64,000 bases of DNA from positions 38,615-102,614 of the IMG/VR virus record IMGVR_UViG_3300031369_000001, one strand, 5' to 3'. The stretch's first letter is position 1; every line of letters starts with the position of its first letter. This DNA comes from a virus. This document shows, in pieces, positions 1 to 8,518 of the stretch. Below the pieces are notes generated by a model that was not told the DNA's origin, did not search any database, and saw only the letters and a program-made list of their open reading frames with translations. The position numbers and the translations under genes were made by a program.

Positions 1-330
1 GATAGTGTTGCTAAAAGAAATCAACAAAGAGTTCAAACCTATATTACGGTAAATGAATTAAGGGCTGAAGAAGATAGACCTCCATTGCCAGATGAACAAG
101 GGGATATTATACTGAATCAGGTTTACATTCAGAACAAACAGCAAACACAAGCAATGCAGCAACAAGAAGAAGGTGATCAAAACGAAAACGGAATGACACA
201 AGATGAAGAAGGTGATGATGGAAAACAAGATATAAGATCTTTATTATCTAAATATTCTGAGGATGATTTAGTTGATCAAAATGAAGATGATGAAGTAAAG
301 AAAAGTTTAGTATTGGATGTAGTTTTATAA
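1..330 (+). CDS. Portal protein, C-terminal part (5' truncated by window)
   Basis: Frame is open from base 1: DSVAKRNQQRVQTYITVNELRAEEDRPPLPDEQGDIILN matches the typical portal end (TxNExR...PL..GD), followed by an acidic tail; lies upstream of MuF and protease genes. Confidence 0.75.
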   Translation, partial: DSVAKRNQQRVQTYITVNELRAEEDRPPLPDEQGDIILNQVYIQNKQQTQAMQQQEEGDQNENGMTQDEEGDDGKQDIRSLLSKYSEDDLVDQNEDDEVKKSLVLDVVL

Positions 331-345
331 AATAAGGAAATTGAG

Positions 346-555
346 ATGAGTATTGATAAAAAATTTGTTGACCGTTATGCAGACGCTTTATCTAGGCTAC
401 ATATTTCTGTTGAGGTAATTAGTTACTATGAGTCTTTGTTAAAAGATGCTAATCAATTAATTTATGAAGCGTCTAAACATACTACGAATGATTCTTTTTA
501 TAATAGGTGTCTTAGTTGGGAAGAAGGTTACCATAATAGGAGGGATAATGTCTAA
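346..555 (+). CDS. Hypothetical protein (69 aa)
   Basis: ORF with AAGGA RBS, tightly packed. Confidence 0.6.
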   Translation: MSIDKKFVDRYADALSRLHISVEVISYYESLLKDANQLIYEASKHTTNDSFYNRCLSWEEGYHNRRDNV

Positions 556-733
556 GATAAAACATATTTGTCGTAATTGTGCCTTTATGCGAAGAAGCGC
601 TAAACCTAAAACTATTTATAAATGTAGAATTAAAATTATGCATGGCATACTTCCATCGGTTGTTAAACCATCAAATGAATGTGACGTAGAGAATGGTTTT
701 CAGCCGTTGCGGATCTTAAATAAGGATAAATAA
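548..733 (+). CDS. Small Cys-rich protein (start moved to MSKIKHICRNC)
   Basis: GGAGGG RBS before ATG 548; CxxC...C...C pattern. Confidence 0.55.
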   Translation: MSKIKHICRNCAFMRRSAKPKTIYKCRIKIMHGILPSVVKPSNECDVENGFQPLRILNKDK

Positions 734-735
734 TT

Positions 736-1116
736 ATGAAATTGGAACATATAGTGAATGCTAGAATTATAAAAGAATCAGATTTAAGTGATTTATATTT
801 TGGTTTAAGTAATGACTTAGCTAAGATTACTGTTTCTGAATATGATAAATATTGTTCTGGTACTATTAATATTGATATAGGAGGAACAGAAGCTCTTTCT
901 TTTGGGGATATTGATACAGTCAAAGGTATTTTATTAGTAGTTAACAATGATTGCGAATTAACTGTAAATAGCAGTAATGTTCCTATTTCATTGATACGTC
1001 ATACGGATACTACTTACCCAAAAGCTAGTTTTTTCATGAACGCTTTAATTAGTGATTTTAGCATTAAGGCATTAACTGTAGCTTTATCTGGTTTTTATTG
1101 TGCTTGGGGGGAATAA
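736..1116 (+). CDS. Hypothetical beta-rich protein, possibly virion
   Basis: 126-aa ORF in late operon. Confidence 0.55.
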   Translation: MKLEHIVNARIIKESDLSDLYFGLSNDLAKITVSEYDKYCSGTINIDIGGTEALSFGDIDTVKGILLVVNNDCELTVNSSNVPISLIRHTDTTYPKASFFMNALISDFSIKALTVALSGFYCAWGE

Positions 1117-1587
1117 ATGGCTAGGAAAGATGAGATTGAGAGTATAGAAAAAGTATTACAACTTTATACTCAACAAATGGATAGCCAAATTACTAGGTTC
1201 AATGAAATTGTGATTGAGCAATCGATTCAAATTGGAAAGCAATCTGTTAATTTTGAAAGACTAGAGCGGACTGTAGCGCAAGAAGTACTTCCAGTGATTA
1301 AAGAGCTTCCTGGATTGATAGAGCACGGCATTAGATTAGCCCAAGATACTTGTCCATTGTATAAAGCTTGGGATAGGAAAGAAAAAGAATCAGTAGGAGA
1401 TAAATTGGGTTCTTTATTTGATTCTAAACCACCAAATAAAAAGAAATTTACAATATCTACTAATCTTAAAATTAGATTAATTGAAGCGCTTATTCTTTTA
1501 CTTCTATCCCTTGCGGCATGGTTTGGTATAAGTAGTTACAATGAACCTTTTTCAGTTGCTGATAAAGCAGTAACAACCCATAAGTAA
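1117..1587 (+). CDS. Coiled-coil protein with one C-terminal TM helix (holin-like candidate)
   Basis: Hydrophobic LIEALILLLLSLAAWFGI preceded by a basic stretch. Confidence 0.45.
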   Translation: MARKDEIESIEKVLQLYTQQMDSQITRFNEIVIEQSIQIGKQSVNFERLERTVAQEVLPVIKELPGLIEHGIRLAQDTCPLYKAWDRKEKESVGDKLGSLFDSKPPNKKKFTISTNLKIRLIEALILLLLSLAAWFGISSYNEPFSVADKAVTTHK

Positions 1588-1588
1588 A

Positions 1589-4500
1589 ATGCACATACAA
1601 ATAGAAGCAAAGAAGGAAGAACTTTTTTCCAAAAGAGTTTCTTTAGTAAAGTCTATCGCTGATTGCATTGGAGAAGTAGATTCTGATTTAAAAAATCGTT
1701 TAATAAAAGCGATAGACAATAAAGACAAATTGTTTACTGATCCAGTTTTACTAGAAGTATTGAAGCAATGGGAAATAGGTTATAAAGACCAAACCAATGC
1801 GATGCTTGTTGATATAAGTAAAGTATTGGATAAGGGAAAATTAAATAAGAGTCTTAGTTCTGATCCTTCTTGGATTGGTGTTGATTTAGATAGGACGTTA
1901 GCTGAATATCATGAATATAAAGGCCCTGCTTCTATCGGTAAGCCAATTCCTAGAATGGTTGATAGGGTTAAGGAATGGATTGCTAATAATAAAAATGTAA
2001 AAATTATGACCGCTAGGGCAAATCCAAATTCTAGCGATTTTAGAGCATCTATTACTGCTATAAAGAAATGGTGCAAAAAATATATTGGAGAAGAATTACC
2101 GGTAGTATACGAAAAAGATCTGCATATGGTTGAACTTTGGGATGACCGAGCTATTCAGATTAAACCTAATACGGGTATTAGGGCAGATGGATTAAATAAA
2201 AGTGAAGATGAAGGTATTTCATATTTTCATTACGATATAGATACAGATTCCTATATTGAAGACTATAATGAATATTTAAATAAAGCACAAAAAGGTCCAT
2301 TCATTGGTCCACGTGGAGGTAAATGGGCTGATCCAGAACACACCATACCTTGGAAAGAAGAAGTACACAGCTACTCAGAAACTAAAGACCGATATAGTGA
2401 TGAAGAAGCTGAACAAATTTTAGATAGAATAGGCGAGGCTTTATATAGTCATCAAGCAATTAATCCTCGTGAAAAAGATGATACTGGATTTAGTTATGTG
2501 GATATGGACAGATGGAGATCTGTAACTGGTGTAAATGCAAAGAGACAATTACTTCAAAAATATAAACGCCAAATAGTCGGTGCTTATAGTATTGAAGAAT
2601 ATCATAAATTAGGATTAGCAGATGTAAGAGAAGGTAAGGGATATAAAGCGAACATTAAACCTTATTATAATAAAACTTGGGGAAGCCTCACCCTTCCGGT
2701 AGATGGAAGGGTTGATAGAGATACCTTTAATAAATTTAGAGAGATTAATAGAAAACATAATGTGTGGTTTAGTAATGGCGATAACTTTATTAAAGAACAA
2801 TATTTAGATGATTTTGATTTTGAATCTTATAAGAAGGATATGGGGGAAATAGGCATAAAAGTTCACCCAATTAAGGGGGAACGAAAACAAAATGTATCTG
2901 AAAAAGACGAAAAGGATCTTACTGTAGATGAAGCTTTGCAAAGCATTAAAAATAGAAGGATTAAGGATGCAATTGTTCTTAAGAAAATAGGTAAAGATAA
3001 ATTTGCTTTTTGGTCTACCTATTCTCCAGAATTTAATGATTTGTTTTCTAATAAAACTGGTGGATTGTCCGGTATTTTTTACGCAAATAAAGATAATAAT
3101 TGGGCTAGAGAAACGCATGAATTGAATCTAGTAGAAGAAGCTTTACAACAGATAAAGAAGCAATTGCCTAATTATAAGTTGTATATAGATGAAGAAGGTT
3201 TGAAAGAAGCACAAAATGAAAAAGCGAGATATCAAGCTGAATTACAAAAGCCAATTCCTGAAGTACAGAAATTATTAGATAGTAAATATTCATTATTTCC
3301 TTATCAAAATGAAGCAGTGCATTTTTTAGATAAAACAAATGGAAATGCCTTAATTGGGGATTCCATGGGACTTGGAAAAACGCTTGAAACTTTGGCTTGG
3401 TTGGCTAAAGGAAATAAGAAAACAATTTTAGTTGTTCCGAAAGTAGTAAGGCGTACTTGGTTACAAGAAGCAGATAAGTTTTTTCCAGGGCAGTTTAAAG
3501 GAACTGAATTAGTGTCTTCTGATATAAGAAATAATAGAGTTCCAAATTTTAAAGATAAGAACCTTGTAACTGTTAATTATGAATCTTTAGATAAGTTTTA
3601 TCCTTATTTAAAGGATGCTGGTTTTGATACAGTAGTAGTTGATGAATCACATAGGATGAAGAATCCTAAAGCTAAACAGACAAAAGCGATTCAAAAGGTA
3701 TCGGCATTAGTAAATCATCATATTTTATTGTCTGGAACAGCGGTTAAAAATAAAAAAGAAGAGTTGTTTACCCAGTTAGAAGTTGTTGCGCCAGGTAAAT
3801 TTACATCTAAAAATCAAATAAAATTTGCTACTATTGGCGGACTTTGGCGCGATATGAAGGATTTCTATATTGCGAGGAGTAAGGAAGAAGTTCTAAAAGA
3901 TTTACCTGAAAAAGTCACTTCTATTATTCAACAAGACATACCTAATTTACCTGATTATGGTGCAAATAAAGATATTGGGGATATTGCTAAAATTAAAGCT
4001 TCTGTAGCAATTGGAAAAGTTCCTGCTACTATTGATTTGGCTAAAGAGATACTAGGTTCTTCTGATTCAAAGATAATTGTGTTTACTGATTCAGTTGAGG
4101 CAGCTAAAAAGATTCATGAAGAATTAGGTGATATTTCTTTATTGCACCATGGGCAAATGAGCGATGATAAAAGGGAAGCGGTAAAGGAAGAATTTCAAAA
4201 AACAGATGGTAATGGTGATTTCATTTCTCCTAAACGGGTATTCGTAACTACTCGTCAGTCAATGGCTGTAGGAGCTACTTTAACCGCTGCTGATAAAGTC
4301 ATTTTTAATGACTTACCTTGGACTGCTGCTGATTTACGACAAGCAGAGGATAGAGCACATAGAATTGGGCAAAAGAACAACGTAAATGTTTATTGGGTCA
4401 CTGCTTCGAATAATTTATTTGATTCTTCAGTTACGGAGATAATTAAAAGGAAATATGAATTATCTAAAAAAGTAAATCAGGGAAAGAAGCTGACGCAAGA

Positions 4501-6397
4501 AGAAATTGCATGGATGAATAAGCCGTTAACGGTTAGTGATATATTGAATAAAATACATGGAGGTAAAACGCCTATAGAAGAAGAAAAACAATTGCTGATT
4601 AAAGAAAATAAACCTGAAGTTCCTGTTATTCCGATAGAAGTACCTAAACAAGAAGAAGAGCAGAAGCCTAAATTTATTATGCAAGAACCTGTAAAAGTTA
4701 AAGAATCTAAAGATATAATAGATATAAAAAAAGATATTAAAGAAACACAAAATAAGATTGATAAATTAAGAGATAGACAATTAAAAGATTGGCAATCTGG
4801 ATCTATAACTCGTAAAAGGACAACTACATATAATGCTGAAATAAGTCGACATAATGATAGGATACAAGAATTAAAAAAGCTTTTAAACAAATATGAAGAA
4901 AATATTAGTGTAATACAAGAAAAAGAACCTGTAAAAGTTGAAACACAAGAACCTGTTAAAAAGAAACGTGGAAGGCCTCTTGGTTCTAAAAACATTAAAA
5001 GAGTTGCTATTCCTCCAATGGTTATCCAAGAACCTGAAAAAAAGAAAAGAGGGAGACCTCCTGGTTCTAAAAACAAAATGACTCGAGTTGCTATTAAAGA
5101 AGTAACACCTCCTACATTTAAACGAGAAGCTATAAAAGAGGAACCTGTTAAACAAGGTAGGGGAAGGCCACCAAAGCCACAAAGTGTAAAAGAAGCGGAA
5201 TCTAGTTTAGCTTACGTTTCTGCTAAGAATATAAAACTTAAAAAAGTTGCTTCTGATGACGTTCACGATGTCTATCAAACTAATTTTTCTATAGACGTAG
5301 ATGACGCCAAAATAGCTATGAATAATTTACGTGAGCAAGGTATCAATGCAACGGTGCTAGAAGGAGATCCAGGAATAGTTAAAATAAGAAAAGGTTTTAT
5401 AATTAGTGAATCTGATTTATATAAAGCCTTATTCATAGGACCTAAAGGTGGTAAATGGGCAAATGCTGAACATACCATACCTTATCAAGAAGATATAGTT
5501 CGAAAACCTGTTAAGCGAGAACCACCTGGTTCACAGTTAGCAATTGACGTACAAAATAAATTAAAAGAATTGAAAGTAGACAAATTACCTCAATCTACTA
5601 TTCCAATTTCAGACATTAGAATTGATTTAACAGGTAATGTTGATACAAAAGCAATCATTACTTGGAAAGATACTAAAGGAAAAGTCCAAAGTGGTTATAC
5701 TCCAAAATTCCATGAAATAAATGCTAAGGAAAAATGGGATAGAATTAATAAATTTAGAAGTAAGAAAAAAGAAATTGTAAATACATTAAATGAAAAATTG
5801 ATTAAGGGGAAACCCGGTAGTATTGACCACCAAGGTTATACTATATTAGCCATTATTGCAGAAACAGGATTACGTCCAGGTAGTACTGAAAGTGTTAGAA
5901 AGCATGGTCATTACGGTATAAGTACTTTAAAAAAGGATCACATTGCTTTAAATAATAAAATGGCTGTTTTAAATTTTATTGGCAAAGAAGGAAAGAAGAA
6001 TGTTACAGTGATTCAAAATCCTGTTACGTTAAAAGCTTTAGAGTATTACGTAAGCAATGCTACCGAAAATGGTAGTATATTTAATTCCAATGCTTTGGAT
6101 ACTGGTAAAACCATACTTCCTAAAGGAATGAAGGTGAAAGACCTTAGAACAATTAAGGCCACCGAATCAGCGGAAAGATTATTAAAAGAAGTTGACACTC
6201 CTCCTCCATTAACCGGAGATAGTAAAAAGGATAAACGATTATTAGCAAAGGCATTGTTGGAAACAAGTAAAAAAGTGGCTACAATATTGAATAATACTCC
6301 TAGTATTGCAAAGGCTAGTTATATCCATCCAATGGTATTTGAACAATGGGCAAAAAGTGTAGGAGCATCTGAAAAACTTTGGAAAGAGGTAGGTTAA
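1589..6397 (+). CDS. Polyvalent protein: HAD phosphatase + SNF2 helicase + AT-hooks + bacterial-type topoisomerase IB
   Basis: HAD: WIGVDLDRTL...MTAR...WDDRA. SNF2: LFPYQ, MGLGKT, VVDESH, LSGT, QAEDRAHRIGQ. AT-hooks: KKRGRP x2, GRGRP. TopIB: GLRPG, FIGK, KDLRT, LNNT, SYIHP. Confidence 0.85.
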   Translation: MHIQIEAKKEELFSKRVSLVKSIADCIGEVDSDLKNRLIKAIDNKDKLFTDPVLLEVLKQWEIGYKDQTNAMLVDISKVLDKGKLNKSLSSDPSWIGVDLDRTLAEYHEYKGPASIGKPIPRMVDRVKEWIANNKNVKIMTARANPNSSDFRASITAIKKWCKKYIGEELPVVYEKDLHMVELWDDRAIQIKPNTGIRADGLNKSEDEGISYFHYDIDTDSYIEDYNEYLNKAQKGPFIGPRGGKWADPEHTIPWKEEVHSYSETKDRYSDEEAEQILDRIGEALYSHQAINPREKDDTGFSYVDMDRWRSVTGVNAKRQLLQKYKRQIVGAYSIEEYHKLGLADVREGKGYKANIKPYYNKTWGSLTLPVDGRVDRDTFNKFREINRKHNVWFSNGDNFIKEQYLDDFDFESYKKDMGEIGIKVHPIKGERKQNVSEKDEKDLTVDEALQSIKNRRIKDAIVLKKIGKDKFAFWSTYSPEFNDLFSNKTGGLSGIFYANKDNNWARETHELNLVEEALQQIKKQLPNYKLYIDEEGLKEAQNEKARYQAELQKPIPEVQKLLDSKYSLFPYQNEAVHFLDKTNGNALIGDSMGLGKTLETLAWLAKGNKKTILVVPKVVRRTWLQEADKFFPGQFKGTELVSSDIRNNRVPNFKDKNLVTVNYESLDKFYPYLKDAGFDTVVVDESHRMKNPKAKQTKAIQKVSALVNHHILLSGTAVKNKKEELFTQLEVVAPGKFTSKNQIKFATIGGLWRDMKDFYIARSKEEVLKDLPEKVTSIIQQDIPNLPDYGANKDIGDIAKIKASVAIGKVPATIDLAKEILGSSDSKIIVFTDSVEAAKKIHEELGDISLLHHGQMSDDKREAVKEEFQKTDGNGDFISPKRVFVTTRQSMAVGATLTAADKVIFNDLPWTAADLRQAEDRAHRIGQKNNVNVYWVTASNNLFDSSVTEIIKRKYELSKKVNQGKKLTQEEIAWMNKPLTVSDILNKIHGGKTPIEEEKQLLIKENKPEVPVIPIEVPKQEEEQKPKFIMQEPVKVKESKDIIDIKKDIKETQNKIDKLRDRQLKDWQSGSITRKRTTTYNAEISRHNDRIQELKKLLNKYEENISVIQEKEPVKVETQEPVKKKRGRPLGSKNIKRVAIPPMVIQEPEKKKRGRPPGSKNKMTRVAIKEVTPPTFKREAIKEEPVKQGRGRPPKPQSVKEAESSLAYVSAKNIKLKKVASDDVHDVYQTNFSIDVDDAKIAMNNLREQGINATVLEGDPGIVKIRKGFIISESDLYKALFIGPKGGKWANAEHTIPYQEDIVRKPVKREPPGSQLAIDVQNKLKELKVDKLPQSTIPISDIRIDLTGNVDTKAIITWKDTKGKVQSGYTPKFHEINAKEKWDRINKFRSKKKEIVNTLNEKLIKGKPGSIDHQGYTILAIIAETGLRPGSTESVRKHGHYGISTLKKDHIALNNKMAVLNFIGKEGKKNVTVIQNPVTLKALEYYVSNATENGSIFNSNALDTGKTILPKGMKVKDLRTIKATESAERLLKEVDTPPPLTGDSKKDKRLLAKALLETSKKVATILNNTPSIAKASYIHPMVFEQWAKSVGASEKLWKEVG
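2300..2365 (+). repeat. Tag repeat A1 (FIGPRGGKWADPEHTIPWKEEV)
   Basis: 66 nt, 3 mismatches to 10915-10980. Confidence 0.95.
5418..5490 (+). repeat. Tag repeat B1 (YKALFIGPKGGKWANAEHTIPYQ)
   Basis: 73 nt identical to 9851-9923. Confidence 0.95.
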
Positions 6398-6615
6398 TGC
6401 AAGAAAGACGAAATGTAAGAGTTATTGGTAGTAAATTACTACGTATACCCGATGGGTTTATTTCTTGGGAAGAACATTTAAAGGTATGGGAAGCATACCA
6501 TAAGAAATGGAATAATATTCAGTCGGCGGAAAGGATTGCGGAAAGAGGGGGATTTTACATGGATGAAGTTATTGAACTACTTGGAGAACAACCTAAGACA
6601 TGGAGAGCACGGTAA
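6397..6615 (+). CDS. Hypothetical protein (start moved to ATG 6397)
   Basis: TAATG coupling to the upstream stop; GAGGT RBS. Confidence 0.6.
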   Translation: MQERRNVRVIGSKLLRIPDGFISWEEHLKVWEAYHKKWNNIQSAERIAERGGFYMDEVIELLGEQPKTWRAR

Positions 6616-6752
6616 TGGAAAAAGAATTTAATAAAGAAATGAATGAAGATATTGATGATGATGGAGAATTAGACGTTGAGTGGTATCCTATACCGGAAGG
6701 ATTAAAAGAAGCTTGGAATGAGATTATTTTAGAGGAAGGTGGGGCGAAATGA
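6615..6752 (+). CDS. Small acidic protein (45 aa, not in ORF track)
   Basis: TAATG/ATGA coupled on both sides; MEKEFNKEMNEDIDDDGELDVEWYPIPEGLKEAWNEIILEEGGAK. Confidence 0.6.
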   Translation: MEKEFNKEMNEDIDDDGELDVEWYPIPEGLKEAWNEIILEEGGAK

Positions 6753-6976
6753 GTATAAGGGTGAGTGGTATTTTAGAGATTAATTGGTCAGTTGAATTGC
6801 CGGAAGGGAAAGAACATAGCGGGGTTATTTCAGATGATCCAGTTATTGAAGCCGTTTTAGATTTTATTCCGCAGACAGGTTCTATTTATTTATGGGGAGA
6901 AGATGAGAAACCAGTTGATGTGTTTTTAGAAGTTCATGAAGAAGACATGGAAATAGAAGAAGATGAAAGAGGTTAG
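6749..6976 (+). CDS. Small acidic protein (75 aa)
   Basis: Coupled ORF, very E/D rich. Confidence 0.6.
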   Translation: MSIRVSGILEINWSVELPEGKEHSGVISDDPVIEAVLDFIPQTGSIYLWGEDEKPVDVFLEVHEEDMEIEEDERG

Positions 6977-6978
6977 TT

Positions 6979-7968
6979 ATGCGTGAAAAAGTATTGTGTA
7001 TTTATCATAATGCGGATTTAGATGGCATTTGTTCAGCAGCTATAGTTTACGATTATTTTAATTGCCAGGGTGATGTTATCGATGGAAATGTTATTCTATA
7101 TGGAATGAATTACGGAGATGATTTTCCTTGGTCATTTATAGACAAAGATGAAATGACTGAAGAAGATAAAGAAGATTGTGTTCCTTATGACAAGGTAGTA
7201 ATGGTTGATTTTTCTTTATCTAAAGAAGATATGAAAAGATTAAATAATTTAGTTGATTTAATTTGGATAGATCATCATGTGAGTGTAATTGCCGACAACA
7301 AAGATATTCAAGGTGTGCGCGATATAAATTACGCTGCATGTGAATTAACCTATATGTATTTTCATACAGGAATTACTTATATTGATGGAGTACTTGCTTT
7401 ACCATTAGATGGGGATATGCCAAAAGCTGTTAGATTATTAGGACGTTATGATGTATGGGATCATAGTGATAAAGAAGTAGTACCTTTTCAATATGGAATG
7501 AAATTATACGATATAGGGCCTTGTAATTCTGAATGGAAGGATTTGTTAGATAATTCAGTGATTTCTGATAGTATAATTAAACAAGTAATTCATAATGGTG
7601 AAATAATTGAAAAATACCAAAGTAATTTGAACTATAAATATGTAAATGCATATGGCTTTGTTGCTGTTTTAGAATTTGAAGATGAATTGTATAATGTACT
7701 GTGTGTAAATAAAGGTTTTAGTAATTCATCTATTGTTAAGGATAGTGCATTATATAACAAATCTATTATTGATTTAATAATGGTTTTTGTAAGGCATGAG
7801 GAGTCTTACAAAGTTTCTTTATATACCGAAAAAGAAATAGATGTATCACAGATAGCAAAAGCTTTTGGGGGTGGAGGACATAAAAAGGCTGCTGGGTTTA
7901 TTTGTAGTGGCTTAGAATTTGAAGATTTTAATGGAAATTTGATTATTGACATAGATCCCAATGAATAG
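6979..7968 (+). CDS. DHH/DHHA1 phosphoesterase (NrnA-like)
   Basis: YHNADLDG, MVDFS, WIDHH, GGGGHKKAAGF motifs. Confidence 0.9.
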   Translation: MREKVLCIYHNADLDGICSAAIVYDYFNCQGDVIDGNVILYGMNYGDDFPWSFIDKDEMTEEDKEDCVPYDKVVMVDFSLSKEDMKRLNNLVDLIWIDHHVSVIADNKDIQGVRDINYAACELTYMYFHTGITYIDGVLALPLDGDMPKAVRLLGRYDVWDHSDKEVVPFQYGMKLYDIGPCNSEWKDLLDNSVISDSIIKQVIHNGEIIEKYQSNLNYKYVNAYGFVAVLEFEDELYNVLCVNKGFSNSSIVKDSALYNKSIIDLIMVFVRHEESYKVSLYTEKEIDVSQIAKAFGGGGHKKAAGFICSGLEFEDFNGNLIIDIDPNE

Positions 7969-8518
7969 AATTCCTATACAGCGATGGACTGAATTACGAA
8001 TGCAATATGCATTAACTAGGAAAAATAATCTTTTTGACTTTGGAAGATATGCAGTTGTTCCGAATATTGGTTGGGGGTTAGGACTTAATCACGAACCTGA
8101 TTTATTGTGTTTATCTAAAACTGGGATATTTCATGAAGTAGAGATTAAAGTAACTATGGCTGATTTGAAAACAGATAAAGATAAGTGGCATAATCATTAT
8201 TCTAGATTTGTTAAACACCTATGGTTTGCTATTCCAGACATTTTATCTATAGATAAGGTTTTAAGCGAAATTCCTGATTATGCTGGATTAGTTCAAGTGA
8301 GTACTTATTACAATGAATATCCATATAATCAAAAATATTCAAGACAAAAGTATTTAACTCATATAATTAGAAAACCTAGACCAAAATTACGAAAAGGGTT
8401 GTTTACCGACCCTAAACAAGACACTATTATAAAATTTTTAAGGATTGGAGTTTTGCGAATGTGGACAGATACCTATAGGTTTAAACATTTTGACCGACAA
8501 GTAATATTAAAGGGGTGA
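7961..8518 (+). CDS. PD-(D/E)XK nuclease-fold protein (MmcB-like)
   Basis: HEPDLL...EVEIKVTMADLKTD, WFAIP, YAGLV. Confidence 0.65.
   Translation: MNRIPIQRWTELRMQYALTRKNNLFDFGRYAVVPNIGWGLGLNHEPDLLCLSKTGIFHEVEIKVTMADLKTDKDKWHNHYSRFVKHLWFAIPDILSIDKVLSEIPDYAGLVQVSTYYNEYPYNQKYSRQKYLTHIIRKPRPKLRKGLFTDPKQDTIIKFLRIGVLRMWTDTYRFKHFDRQVILKG

Noticed and set aside
1117-1587. Complete lysis cassette
   Set aside because: Only a single-TM protein; no endolysin or spanin recognised in the window
4477-5076. Minus-strand ORFs inside large genes (e.g. 4477-5076, 11097-11366, 15369-15923, 40237-40593)
   Set aside because: Antisense shadows of biased or repetitive coding sequence with no independent signals
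5500-6397. C-terminal module as tyrosine integrase (prophage evidence)
   Set aside because: Motifs (GLRPG, GISTL, FIGK, KDLRT, NTP...SYIHP) fit topoisomerase IB; no att sites or host genes seen
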